DNA from: Candidatus Electronema halotolerans
GTDB lineage: Bacteria; Desulfobacterota; Desulfobulbia; Desulfobulbales; Desulfobulbaceae
Assembly: GCA_942493095.1 (NCBI GenBank)
Contig: OW818675.1
Location: 540,001 to 572,000, forward strand
Direction of reading: 5' to 3'
Length of the DNA stretch: 32,000 bases
The position numbers and the translations under genes were made by a program. This document shows, in pieces, positions 1-8,876 of the stretch (positions are counted from its first letter, which is position 1; every line of letters starts with the position of its first letter). The notes under the pieces were generated by a model. It was given only the letters and a program-made list of their open reading frames with translations. It was not told the DNA's origin and did not search any database.

Positions 1-10
1 GGAATACTGG

Positions 11-307
11 ATGTTTGCTCTTTTCAACGTCATCATCGCCTTTGCATTGGGTATTTTTGAAGGAATATTCGGGGCAATCATAGGAGTTGACCTGAATATT
101 CTGTCATTTCTTTACGCAGCTGCCATCTTGCTGCCGAGCATCGCTGTTACAGTGCGGCGACTGCATGATACAGGCCGGAGCGGCTTGTGGATTCTCATTG
201 GTCTTGTCCCAGTTATCGGCTGGTTCGCATTGCTTGTATTTTGTGTGCAGGACAGCCAGCCGGGCCAAAATCAATATGGCTCCAATCCAAAGGAGATCAC
301 CTCCTGA
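11..307 (+). CDS. DUF805-like small integral membrane protein
   Basis: 98 aa ORF with hydrophobic segments and the family-like stretch 'LPSIAVTVRRLHDTGRSGLWILIGLVPVIGW'. The true N-terminus may lie upstream of the window. Confidence 0.8.
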   Translation: MFALFNVIIAFALGIFEGIFGAIIGVDLNILSFLYAAAILLPSIAVTVRRLHDTGRSGLWILIGLVPVIGWFALLVFCVQDSQPGQNQYGSNPKEITS

Positions 308-430
308 AAGGATGCATCAGGGTTCTTGCTCGTTCCACGCTCCAGCACTGGAACACACAGCCCGCAACATGCTGCTTGCTTTACCGGGCAAATCTGGTTA
401 GTTTGGTGCGTTGCAGCCATTGCCTTGATG

Positions 431-459
431 AGGCGGGCGGCAACGCCCTCTTTTTTTTC
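431..459 (+). terminator. Intrinsic (rho-independent) terminator upstream of cobT
   Basis: GGGCG (435-439), GCAA tetraloop, CGCCC (444-448), then TCTTTTTTTT. An outer 8-bp pairing TGCCTTGA (421-428) / TCAAGGCA (458-465) brackets it. Confidence 0.75.
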
Positions 460-519
460 AAGGCAGCAGACGTTGCGCCTGCAACGGGTAAATCATCAAT
501 AAAAAAGCGAGCATAGCCA

Positions 520-1614
520 ATGTCCAGCACCTGTCAGTCCTGCAAAACAGACCACGTCAATTTTCTTGAAGCGGCCTTCCGGCGCATCTTTCCCCAAGAC
601 AGCGAGTTCCGTGACAAGGCCAAGGCGCGGCTGGAGCAGCTCACCATGCCGCACTGGGCCTTGGGCAGGCTGATGGACTTGGCCGTTGATCTGGCTGGCA
701 TGACCCGCTCCCTGCATCCGCCGGTGGCGCGGAAACGGGTGGTAATCATGGTCGGCGACCACGGCGTGACTGCTGAGGGCGTGTCCAAGTTTCCCTCGGA
801 AGTCACAGCCCAGATGGTCTATAATTTTGTCAATGGCGGGGCAGGCATCAATGCCTTGGCCCGGCAGGCGCGGGCCGAGGTCACTGTGGTTGACATGGGC
901 TGCGCCGCTGATCTCACAGCCTTGGCTGAGGCGGGCAAGATTATCTCGAAGAAGATCGGCCCCGGCACAGCCAATATGGCCCTTGGCCCGGCCATGAGCC
1001 GCACCAACGCGGTCTTTGCGGTCGAGGCAGGCATCCAAGTGGCGGAGCAGCTTGCCCCGGAAACCGATATTTTTGCCACTGGCGAGATGGGCATTGGCAA
1101 CACCACGGCCAGCACCGCCATTGTCGCTGCTCTGAGCGGCAGAAGCATTGACGAGCTGACCGGGCGCGGCACTGGCTTGGATGATGCCCAGCTTGCCCAT
1201 AAGCAAAAGGTGCTGGAGCGCATTCTCCAAATCAACAAGCCGGATGCCAAGGACGGCTTGGACGTGCTGGCCAAGGTCGGCGGTTATGAGATCGGCGGCA
1301 TTGCCGGGCTGATCATCGGCGCGGCAGCCAACCGCAAGCCAGTGCTGGTCGATGGCTTCATCTCCACTGCCGGGGCCATGATCGCCTGCAAGCTGGAGCC
1401 GTTTGTCCGCGACTACATCATCTGCGCCCACCGCTCCGTGGAGCGGGGCCACGCCATCATGCAGGAGCAGCTCGGCTGCCAGCCGCTGCTGGATTTGCAG
1501 CTCCGGCTCGGCGAAGGCACAGGCGCGGCCTTGGCCATGAATATTGTCGAAGCCGCTGTGGCGGTGCTGACCGAAGTGGCCACCTTTGCCGAGGCAGGAG
1601 TGAGCGGCGCATGA
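520..1614 (+). CDS. cobT: Nicotinate-nucleotide--dimethylbenzimidazole phosphoribosyltransferase
   Basis: 364 aa. Family motifs 'VVIMVGDHGVTAEGVSKFPSEVTAQMVYNFVNGGAGINALARQ', 'TGEMGIGNTTASTAIVAAL' and 'VLVDGFISTAGA'. ATGA overlap with cobS. Confidence 0.97.
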   Translation: MSSTCQSCKTDHVNFLEAAFRRIFPQDSEFRDKAKARLEQLTMPHWALGRLMDLAVDLAGMTRSLHPPVARKRVVIMVGDHGVTAEGVSKFPSEVTAQMVYNFVNGGAGINALARQARAEVTVVDMGCAADLTALAEAGKIISKKIGPGTANMALGPAMSRTNAVFAVEAGIQVAEQLAPETDIFATGEMGIGNTTASTAIVAALSGRSIDELTGRGTGLDDAQLAHKQKVLERILQINKPDAKDGLDVLAKVGGYEIGGIAGLIIGAAANRKPVLVDGFISTAGAMIACKLEPFVRDYIICAHRSVERGHAIMQEQLGCQPLLDLQLRLGEGTGAALAMNIVEAAVAVLTEVATFAEAGVSGA

Positions 1615-2486
1615 ACCGCTGGCGCAACAAGGACAGACCGAAACGGCCTGTGCCGACAAGGCAGCCGCAACTCCACATCGAGAAGGAGCAGCACCGCCAT
1701 TCATTCTCGGCTGGCAGCCTGCTGCGTCCTGTGGCCGCCTTTGCCGCAGCCCTGCGCTTTCTCACCATTCTGCCGCTGCCGGGCCGTTTTGGCACAGCGG
1801 AAAAGGACTTGGCTCATGCTGCGCCCTTTTTTCCCCTGATCGGCCTGCTCCTCGGCTGCGCCGCTGCTCCGGCGGCCAAACTGCTCTTCATCCTCCTGCC
1901 GCCTCTGCCTGCGGCAGTGCTGACCACCCTGCTCCTGCTCGCCTTTTCCGGCGGCCTCCATCTTGACGGACTGGCTGACACGGCAGACGGCTTCTTCTCC
2001 GCCCGGACAGGGGCGCGGATGCTGGAAATCATGAAGGATTCCAATATTGGCACCATGGGAGCCATTGCCTTGCTGCTGGTCCTGCTGCTCAAAACAGCCT
2101 GTCTCGCCTCCCTGAACAAGCAGCTCCTGCCTGCGGTGCTGCTCATGCCCTTGGCAGGCCGGACCGCCATCCTCCTGCTCATGGCCCTGCTGCCATATCC
2201 TCGCAAGCAAGGCTTGGGCCGCCTCTTTGCCCTCTATTTCAACAGCACCGCAGGCAAAATGGCCGCCTTGGCCGGACTGCTGCTCTGCGCCGTGGCCGCT
2301 CATGTCTTTGCCGGAGCGCAGGGGCTGGCGGCTGTCGCCGTCATGCTGCTGCCGATCCTTTGCTTTGCCGCCCTTTGTCAGCGCAAAATCGGCGGAGCCA
2401 CTGGCGACACCCTTGGCGCGGCCTGCGAGCTGGCGGAAACAGCCCTTGTTCTGCTTTTCACGGTCAGAACCGGACTGCTGCTGTAA
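1611..2486 (+). CDS. cobS: Adenosylcobinamide-GDP ribazoletransferase (cobalamin synthase)
   Basis: 291 aa polytopic protein with 'AALRFLTILPLPG', 'FSGGLHLDGLADTADGFFS' and 'MKDSNIGTMGAIAL'. Directly coupled to cobT. Confidence 0.95.
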   Translation: MNRWRNKDRPKRPVPTRQPQLHIEKEQHRHSFSAGSLLRPVAAFAAALRFLTILPLPGRFGTAEKDLAHAAPFFPLIGLLLGCAAAPAAKLLFILLPPLPAAVLTTLLLLAFSGGLHLDGLADTADGFFSARTGARMLEIMKDSNIGTMGAIALLLVLLLKTACLASLNKQLLPAVLLMPLAGRTAILLLMALLPYPRKQGLGRLFALYFNSTAGKMAALAGLLLCAVAAHVFAGAQGLAAVAVMLLPILCFAALCQRKIGGATGDTLGAACELAETALVLLFTVRTGLLL

Positions 2487-2524
2487 GATTTCACTGCCGC
2501 GAAAAGCAATTTCAGAATATAATA

Positions 2525-2545
2525 GTTCATGCCCTTGGCATGAAC
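2525..2545. repeat. Perfect 9-bp inverted repeat GTTCATGCC-CTT-GGCATGAAC
   Basis: Read directly from the sequence in the cobS to hemerythrin intergenic region. No T-tract follows. Confidence 0.8.
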
Positions 2546-2626
2546 GCGTCCTTGCGCCGTTGGCAGCCGCATGATATGCTGCCCGGAATTGCACAAAAAA
2601 ACCGCACAATATCCTTGGAGGAGACA

Positions 2627-3037
2627 ATGGCTCTTTATGATTGGAAAGATGACTACAGCGTCGGAGTGAATCGCTTTGACGGCCACCATAAAAAACTGTT
2701 CAATATCGCCAATCAGCTTCATGAAATGATGAAGCAGGGACGGGGCGGGGACGTGATCGAGCCGGTCCTGCGGGAGCTGGTTGACTACACCCGCTATCAT
2801 CTGGCGGAAGAGGAGAAAGTCATGGAGACCATTGGCTATTCAGACATTGCCAACCACAAAAGGGCGCACAGGATTTTCATTAATGAGCTCAACGAAGCAA
2901 TGGCCGAGGTGGATAAGGGCCGGACGATTTTTGTGGTCATCAAAATCGCCAAAATGGTCATTGACTGGCTGATCAATCATATTTACATGATTGATAAAAA
3001 ATATATTCCAGAGATGAACGCGGCCGGCATCCGCTGA
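2627..3037 (+). CDS. Bacteriohemerythrin (hemerythrin-like non-heme diiron protein)
   Basis: Starts MALYDWKDDYSVGVNRFDGHHKKLF with GGAGG about 8 nt upstream. His/Glu/Asp ligand pattern 'HH..LF', 'HLAEEEKVM', 'NHKRAH', 'HIYMIDKKY'. The ORF track start at 2360 overlaps cobS and is unlikely. Confidence 0.93.
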   Translation: MALYDWKDDYSVGVNRFDGHHKKLFNIANQLHEMMKQGRGGDVIEPVLRELVDYTRYHLAEEEKVMETIGYSDIANHKRAHRIFINELNEAMAEVDKGRTIFVVIKIAKMVIDWLINHIYMIDKKYIPEMNAAGIR

Positions 3038-3088
3038 CGCAGCCCGTGCGGCCCCGTGTTTTGTTTTTCTTCAAAAGAATCGCCTTTC

Positions 3089-6000
3089 ATGCAACAGCAG
3101 CGTGTGCCCTTCTACAGACGGCTCCGGTTCAGCATGATCATGACGGTGCTGCTCATCATCACTTTGGTCAGCGGCACCAGCATTCTAATCAGCTATCAGG
3201 TGACCGGGAAGAAGATTATCCGGGACCTCAATGATGATTTTGTCAGCACGGAGGCGATGATTGACACCTGCCTGCGGCTTTTCAGTCAGCATCTCAAGGC
3301 GGCGGCAGAAGCGGCAACAGGTGAACTGGCCCTGCGGGAGCTGCGCGGCACTGCGCCGTCGCTGCCCCCAGCAGAGGAGATGCGTCTTCTGGAGCAGGAC
3401 AATGATGTTGACATTCTTTTCTTTTTTGATCAGAATCGACAAGTTGTCGCGGTTTCCAAGGAGAGCCAGGCCGCAGCTCAAGCTCTGCTTGCCAATTCTT
3501 ATTTAACGGATAAAATAAACCGCCGCATGCCGTTCACTGCCATTCTGCTGGTTACAGAGCAGTCTGGGAAAAAATTTTTTCTGGTTGAAGTGCTGCCGAC
3601 TCTGCTGAACATGAACAGCACAGGTCAGGAAGGCTTTGTCTTGAGCGCGTATGTCATGGACAACGCCTTTCTCAGGCAGATGCCGGTCAACACATACATG
3701 AAAATCAGCCTGATCAGTGACAACACCGTGCTGGCGACCACCTTGGAGCCGGAGCTTGCCCAGCACTCCCCCGGCACTGTCGCCTACAGCTCCTCGGTGC
3801 TGCTGGCCGGCGCGCTTGACCTGGTGCAGGAAAGCTCCTTTTTCAAGGAAAAAATGTACATCAAGGTCAAGTACATTCCTTTCATGGAGAACAGTAGTCC
3901 GAATTTCCTTGTCCTTTCCCATCCATCCAGACTCATCTTGGCCACAGACAAGGAATTTGCCCAGCATTTCCTGGTCCTCTTCTTTGTCGGCTTCTGCTCC
4001 TCCCTGATTCTGGTCTTTTTCATCACCGGCTCAGTGCTGAATCCGATCAAACAGCTCCAGCAGTTAGTGCGGAAAATCAGCGAAGGTGATCTTGGCGACC
4101 GGATCGACACCAGCGTCAGCAACGAGTTCACGCCGTTGATCATGCAGTTCAACACCATGCTCAACCAGATTCAGCGGAAGGACGAGGATATGGTGGAGCA
4201 GGTGGAGGCCAAGACCAAAGAGCTGCGGCAGCAGAACATCTTTATCGACAATCTGCTCTGCTCCTCGCAGATCATGGCCATCGCAGCCACAGACATGGAG
4301 TTCAGGGTCACCTATTTCAATCCGCTGGCCGAACAGCTTTTCGGCTACAAGGCGGAGGAGGTGATCGGCAAAAAAGTGACCCGCTTTCAAGTCCATGTCA
4401 AAAATCAGGAAAAGGAATTCTCCCGCCTGATCGAGCTGGCACTGCAAAACGGCTCGCACACCTTCACCATTGGCACGCCTGACCTGAAGCAGTACGACCT
4501 GCTGGCCAAATCAGGGCAGGAGCAGCAGAGCAGCAGATACCAGCGCATCATTGAAGTGCATCTTTCCCCCATCCAAGCGCGGAAGGGTCTCAACAGCAGC
4601 GATGTCTCCGGCCTGATGCTCATGGCCCAGGACATCACCCAGGCCAGACGGATAGATGAGCGTCTCCATGCCGCCTTGGCCGAGCTACAGGTGATCATTG
4701 ACAACACCATGCTCGGTCTGGTGCTGGTCCAGAATGACCGGATCATCCGGGTCAACAGCACCTTTGAGCGCATGTTCGGCTGTCAGTTCAGCGGGATCAA
4801 GAACAGCTCCTGGGCGGTCTTCTACGCTTCTGTGTCTGAGGGCAAAGAAGCGGACTGCTGGGACGGCAGCGGCAGAATGTTCTTTCTGGCTGGCAGGGCT
4901 GATCAGGACGGCAAAGCGCCGCCGCCTTTCTGGAGCAAGGTCCGTCAAGTGGCGATTGAGGACGAGCAGAAGGAGCTGCGCCGGGAGCTGCTCCTGTTTG
5001 AGGACATGAGCCGCCAGATTGAAATGTTTGAAAAGATTCAGCGGCTCAGTCAGGCAGTGGAGCAGAGTTCCAATTCCATTGTCATCACAGACATTGACGG
5101 CGTGATTGAGTATGTCAACCGGACTTTTGTTCAGCTCGCCGGCTATCAGGCCAAAGAGGTCATTGGCGGCAGTCTGGCCATGCTGGCTCCTGACGCGCAG
5201 CAGGCGGCCTTGTACGAGGAGATATGGGCGGCAGTGGGGGCGGGCCGGGAATGGAGCGGCGAGTTGATCAATCAGAAAAAGAACGGCGATTTGTATGAGG
5301 AAAACGTGCTCATCTCGCCGATCCGCAATGAGCAGAACGAGATCACCCATTTTGTCGTCACCAAGGAGAATATCACTGATCTGAAAAAGGCGCGGCAGCT
5401 CGCGGATGCGGCCAACAGGGCCAAGAGCGAATTTCTGGCCAAGATGAGCCACGAAATCCGCACGCCCATGAATTCGATCATCGGCATGACTGAGCTGCTC
5501 TTGGACACTGCCCTGCGGCCTGAGCAGCGCAACTATTTGGAAAATGTCAACAGCTCGGCCTCAGTTCTGCTCTCGCTGATCAACGACATCCTTGATTTTT
5601 CAAAAATTGAGGCAGGCAGGCTGGAGCTGGAGCATATTCCCTTCAGCGTCTCCCAGCTGGCCAAGGAAATCATCGCCACCCTGCATATCCTCGCGGAACA
5701 GAAAGGGATTGAACTCCGGCTCGACCTACAGGATGACGACGGCTGCTTTCCGCTTGGCGACCCGCTGCGCATTCGGCAGGTGCTGCTCAATTTAGTCGGC
5801 AATGCGATCAAATTCACCCGAGCAGGCTATGTGGCCTTGAAGATAGAGGTTCATGCCGCTGCCCGCCGCAGCTGCATGGCGACGTTCAGCATTATTGACA
5901 CTGGCATCGGCATCCCCCAGGAGCAGCAGGAGAAAATTTTTGCTGACTTCACCCAGGCGGACAACTCCATCACCAGACATTACGGAGGCACCGGCCTTGG

Positions 6001-6976
6001 CCTGACCATCAGCAACCAGTTGGTCCAGATGATGGGCAGCAAAATTGAGCTGGAAAGCGAGCCGGGCAAAGGCAGCGTCTTTTTTTTCACCCTGCTGCTG
6101 AAGAACGGCGGCTCACGGGCGGCGGCGGACATGGAGGAGCAGGATGAGCCGATTGACAACCTGCTGCCAAGTCTGGATATCCTCTTAGTTGAAGACAATC
6201 CGGCCAATCAGCAGCTTGCTGTGGTGCTGCTGGCCAAGCAGGGCCATGAGGTGGCAGTGGCAGGCAGCGGTGTCGAAGCGCTTGCCGCTTTGAGCAGCCG
6301 CCATTATGATGTGATCTTCATGGACATGCAGATGCCGGTCATGGACGGCCTGACCGCCACCAAGCACATCCGCCAGATCGAGCAGGGCCGGGTTAGCTGT
6401 CTGCCGGAGGAGCTGACTGAGGTGGAGGAAAAACTGCGGGAGCGGCTCCAAGGCGGTCATATCCCGATCATTGCCGTGACCGCCAATGCCCTCCAGGAAG
6501 ACCGGCAGCTCTGCCTTGAGACAGGCATGGACGAGTATCTAAGCAAGCCCTATAAAAAGCACACCCTGCTCCGGGCACTGCAGCGGATTGAGAAAAAAGG
6601 CTTGGACGAGTCACCGCTGCCGCAGAGGCCGCCGGAGGAGACGGCCCCTGCGGCGCCTGTTTCCCGCGCAGCGGTCAGGCGGCATGTGATAGAGCAGTTT
6701 GAACTGGGACATGAGGACGCGGAAGAGGTGCTGGCTGCCTATGCTGATTCGCTGAAAGACAATCTCAGTAATATTGTTCAGTGGATGGAGCAGGGGAACG
6801 GCGTGGAGGCAGGCCGTCAAGCCCATGCCCTCAAAGGCGGCCTGCTCAATCTCGGCTTGGATCAGCTGGCAGGCATGGCTTTGATCTTGGAAAAGGAGCT
6901 GCCCGCGCAGATCGAGGACAGGCACCAGGAATTGACAGACCAGCTTGAGCAGGCTCTCAAGGATTTCATCGCCTGA
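3089..6976 (+). CDS. Membrane hybrid sensor histidine kinase: TM, extracytoplasmic sensor, TM, HAMP, three PAS, HisKA, HATPase_c, REC, HPt
   Basis: HAMP-like '[22 protein letters not shown]'; PAS motifs; HisKA '[23 protein letters not shown]'; ATPase '[10 protein letters not shown]' and '[19 protein letters not shown]'; REC '[15 protein letters not shown]'; HPt '[13 protein letters not shown]'. A GTG start at 3056 is the alternative. Confidence 0.93.
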   Translation: MQQQRVPFYRRLRFSMIMTVLLIITLVSGTSILISYQVTGKKIIRDLNDDFVSTEAMIDTCLRLFSQHLKAAAEAATGELALRELRGTAPSLPPAEEMRLLEQDNDVDILFFFDQNRQVVAVSKESQAAAQALLANSYLTDKINRRMPFTAILLVTEQSGKKFFLVEVLPTLLNMNSTGQEGFVLSAYVMDNAFLRQMPVNTYMKISLISDNTVLATTLEPELAQHSPGTVAYSSSVLLAGALDLVQESSFFKEKMYIKVKYIPFMENSSPNFLVLSHPSRLILATDKEFAQHFLVLFFVGFCSSLILVFFITGSVLNPIKQLQQLVRKISEGDLGDRIDTSVSNEFTPLIMQFNTMLNQIQRKDEDMVEQVEAKTKELRQQNIFIDNLLCSSQIMAIAATDMEFRVTYFNPLAEQLFGYKAEEVIGKKVTRFQVHVKNQEKEFSRLIELALQNGSHTFTIGTPDLKQYDLLAKSGQEQQSSRYQRIIEVHLSPIQARKGLNSSDVSGLMLMAQDITQARRIDERLHAALAELQVIIDNTMLGLVLVQNDRIIRVNSTFERMFGCQFSGIKNSSWAVFYASVSEGKEADCWDGSGRMFFLAGRADQDGKAPPPFWSKVRQVAIEDEQKELRRELLLFEDMSRQIEMFEKIQRLSQAVEQSSNSIVITDIDGVIEYVNRTFVQLAGYQAKEVIGGSLAMLAPDAQQAALYEEIWAAVGAGREWSGELINQKKNGDLYEENVLISPIRNEQNEITHFVVTKENITDLKKARQLADAANRAKSEFLAKMSHEIRTPMNSIIGMTELLLDTALRPEQRNYLENVNSSASVLLSLINDILDFSKIEAGRLELEHIPFSVSQLAKEIIATLHILAEQKGIELRLDLQDDDGCFPLGDPLRIRQVLLNLVGNAIKFTRAGYVALKIEVHAAARRSCMATFSIIDTGIGIPQEQQEKIFADFTQADNSITRHYGGTGLGLTISNQLVQMMGSKIELESEPGKGSVFFFTLLLKNGGSRAAADMEEQDEPIDNLLPSLDILLVEDNPANQQLAVVLLAKQGHEVAVAGSGVEALAALSSRHYDVIFMDMQMPVMDGLTATKHIRQIEQGRVSCLPEELTEVEEKLRERLQGGHIPIIAVTANALQEDRQLCLETGMDEYLSKPYKKHTLLRALQRIEKKGLDESPLPQRPPEETAPAAPVSRAAVRRHVIEQFELGHEDAEEVLAAYADSLKDNLSNIVQWMEQGNGVEAGRQAHALKGGLLNLGLDQLAGMALILEKELPAQIEDRHQELTDQLEQALKDFIA

Positions 6977-7491
6977 TGAGGCCGCCGCTTGTCACGTTTA
7001 TCGGCTGGCACAGCTGCGGCAAGACCACCTTGCTCAGTCAGGTGGTCCGCCTGCTCAAGGAGCGCGGTTATATGGTCGCAGTGGTCAAATCCACCAAGGA
7101 GCGCGGCCTGCTTCCTGATCAGGAGGGCACGGACACGGACATCCACCGGCAGGCAGGCGCGGACGCAGTGGCCTTGGCCGGGCCGGACCGGCTGCTCATC
7201 ACCGTGGAAAAGCAGGGCAAGGACTTGGCCGCCATTGCCAGCCGCTATTTTGCTGACATGGACCTTGTCCTCGGCGAAGGCTTCAAGGAGGCGGAAAATG
7301 TGCCGAAAATTGAGGTGCATCGAGGTGGCCCGCTTCTCCGGGAGCAGGTTCGGGGCGTGATTGCCGTGGCCAGTGACCAGCTCCTGCAGATGCCGGAAGA
7401 GAATATTTTTGCCCTGCACGAAGCTGGCAGATTGGCCGACTTTATTGAGCAGCGTTTTCTTGCGCGCAGAGGGGCAAAGGAATCGATATAA
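6976..7491 (+). CDS. mobB: Molybdopterin-guanine dinucleotide biosynthesis protein B-like GTPase
   Basis: 171 aa. P-loop variant 'FIGWHSCGKTTLLSQVVRLLKERGYMVAVVKST', 'DTDIHRQAGADAVALAGPDR', 'DLVLGEGFKEAENVPKIEVHR'. TGATG overlap with the upstream kinase. Confidence 0.9.
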   Translation: MRPPLVTFIGWHSCGKTTLLSQVVRLLKERGYMVAVVKSTKERGLLPDQEGTDTDIHRQAGADAVALAGPDRLLITVEKQGKDLAAIASRYFADMDLVLGEGFKEAENVPKIEVHRGGPLLREQVRGVIAVASDQLLQMPEENIFALHEAGRLADFIEQRFLARRGAKESI

Positions 7492-7504
7492 GAAGGAAGA
7501 TGTC

Positions 7505-8680
7505 ATGATGCTGAACCAGTCATTCATCATTGCCCAGCCGACCCGCATTCGTTTCGGAGTCGGCGCAGTCAGGGAGCTGGGCGCGACCGTCAAGGATTTT
7601 AAGGGCAGCAAAGTTCTGCTGGTGATTGATCCCGGCTTGGTCAAAGCGGGTCTGCTGGCCCGTTTCACTGAGCCGCTGGCCCAAGAGGGGATTCCTTTTT
7701 TGGTTTATGATCAGGTTGACCCGGAACCAGGCCTGCGGCTGGCTGATAAGGCGTATGCTCTTGCTCAGAAAAATGGCTGTGACTGCGTGATCGGCGCGGG
7801 CGGTGGCTCGGCGATGGATGTGGCCAAGGCAGTCTCCATCCTCCTGACCAACGGCGGCAGGGCGGCTGACTATCTTGGTCTTAGCCTGATTAAAAAACCG
7901 GGCGTGCCCAAGATCATGGTGCCGACCTCGGCAGGCACAGGCGCGGAAGTGACTTTCACGGCGGTCTTCATCAACGAGGAAACTGGTTCCAAGGGCGGCA
8001 TGAACGGCGATCCGCTCTACCCGGACGCAGCCATCCTTGACCCGGAGCTGACCCTGAGCCTGCCGCCCAAGGTCACAGCCTACACCGGCATTGACGCGCT
8101 CACTCATGCCTTGGAGGCTTATACATCGGTCCAAGCCCATGCGGTTTCAGAAATGTATTCGCTGGAGGCGGTGCGCCTGATTGCCGAGAATCTGCCTGCG
8201 GCCTGCGCCAATGGCGGCAATCTGGAGGCGCGGACCGCCATGCTGCTCGGCTCGCTTTTAGGCGGCAAGGCCTTGGCTATGGCCGGAGTCGGGCTGGTTC
8301 ATGCCATGGCCTATCCGCTCGGCGGCATGTTCGGCATTCCGCACGGCTTGGCCAACGCAGTGCTCTTGCCTTACGTGGTGCAGTACAATTTGCCCGGCAA
8401 CCTGCGGAAATTTGCTGACTTGGCAGAAGTGCTCGGCCAGAACTGCGAAGGACTGCCGCTGCGGGAGGCGGCCCAGCTCTGCGTGGAGGCACTCTTTGAT
8501 CTGAATGCGGACACAGGCATTCCAGCGACGCTGGCTGACTTGGACATCCCGGCGGAGAGCATCCCGAAAATGGCCCGCATCGCCCTGACTGTGGCCCGGC
8601 CAGTGGCCAACAATCCGAGAAAGCCGACCTTGGAGGAGGTCATCGCCCTGTATCAGGAGGCGCACAGTCCGGTGCTGTAA
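7505..8680 (+). CDS. Iron-containing (group III) alcohol dehydrogenase
   Basis: 'TRIRFGVGAVRELG', 'VIGAGGGSAMDVAKAVSILLTNGG', 'VPTSAGTGAEVTFTAV', 'GIDALTHALEAYTS', 'MAYPLGGMFGIPHGLANAVLLPYV'. RBS-like AGAAGGAAG upstream of 7505. Confidence 0.95.
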   Translation: MMLNQSFIIAQPTRIRFGVGAVRELGATVKDFKGSKVLLVIDPGLVKAGLLARFTEPLAQEGIPFLVYDQVDPEPGLRLADKAYALAQKNGCDCVIGAGGGSAMDVAKAVSILLTNGGRAADYLGLSLIKKPGVPKIMVPTSAGTGAEVTFTAVFINEETGSKGGMNGDPLYPDAAILDPELTLSLPPKVTAYTGIDALTHALEAYTSVQAHAVSEMYSLEAVRLIAENLPAACANGGNLEARTAMLLGSLLGGKALAMAGVGLVHAMAYPLGGMFGIPHGLANAVLLPYVVQYNLPGNLRKFADLAEVLGQNCEGLPLREAAQLCVEALFDLNADTGIPATLADLDIPAESIPKMARIALTVARPVANNPRKPTLEEVIALYQEAHSPVL

Positions 8681-8798
8681 TGCCGTATAAGCAGTTGAAG
8701 CAAGATAAAATGACTCTGCCATCTGTCTTTCTCCCGTAGAGGCGGCAGAAAGAACGCTCAGATTATACTGTTTCAGCAATATTTGTGTTTTGAAGCAG

Positions 8799-8838
8799 AT
8801 ATTTCAGTTCCAGCCGCGCTGGCTGGAGGATGAAATAT
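8799..8838. repeat. Two-tier hairpin in the leader of the 8877 kinase gene
   Basis: ATATTTCA (8799-8806) pairs with TGAAATAT (8831-8838), and inner TCCAGC (8809-8814) pairs with GCTGGA (8822-8827). Read by eye. Confidence 0.75.
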
Positions 8839-8876
8839 AAGAACTCGCATCAATCCCATCTGTCTCAGCAGGAACC

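Noticed and set aside
308-519. Classical cobalamin riboswitch upstream of cobT
   Set aside because: No convincing match by eye to the expected conserved boxes; only structured elements and a terminator could be supported. Left as a finding, not a feature.
496-2627. Long antisense ORFs opposite cobT and cobS (402 aa and 308 aa)
   Set aside because: The + strand frames encode clear CobT and CobS. The antisense frames read as low-complexity shadow translations with no family motifs.
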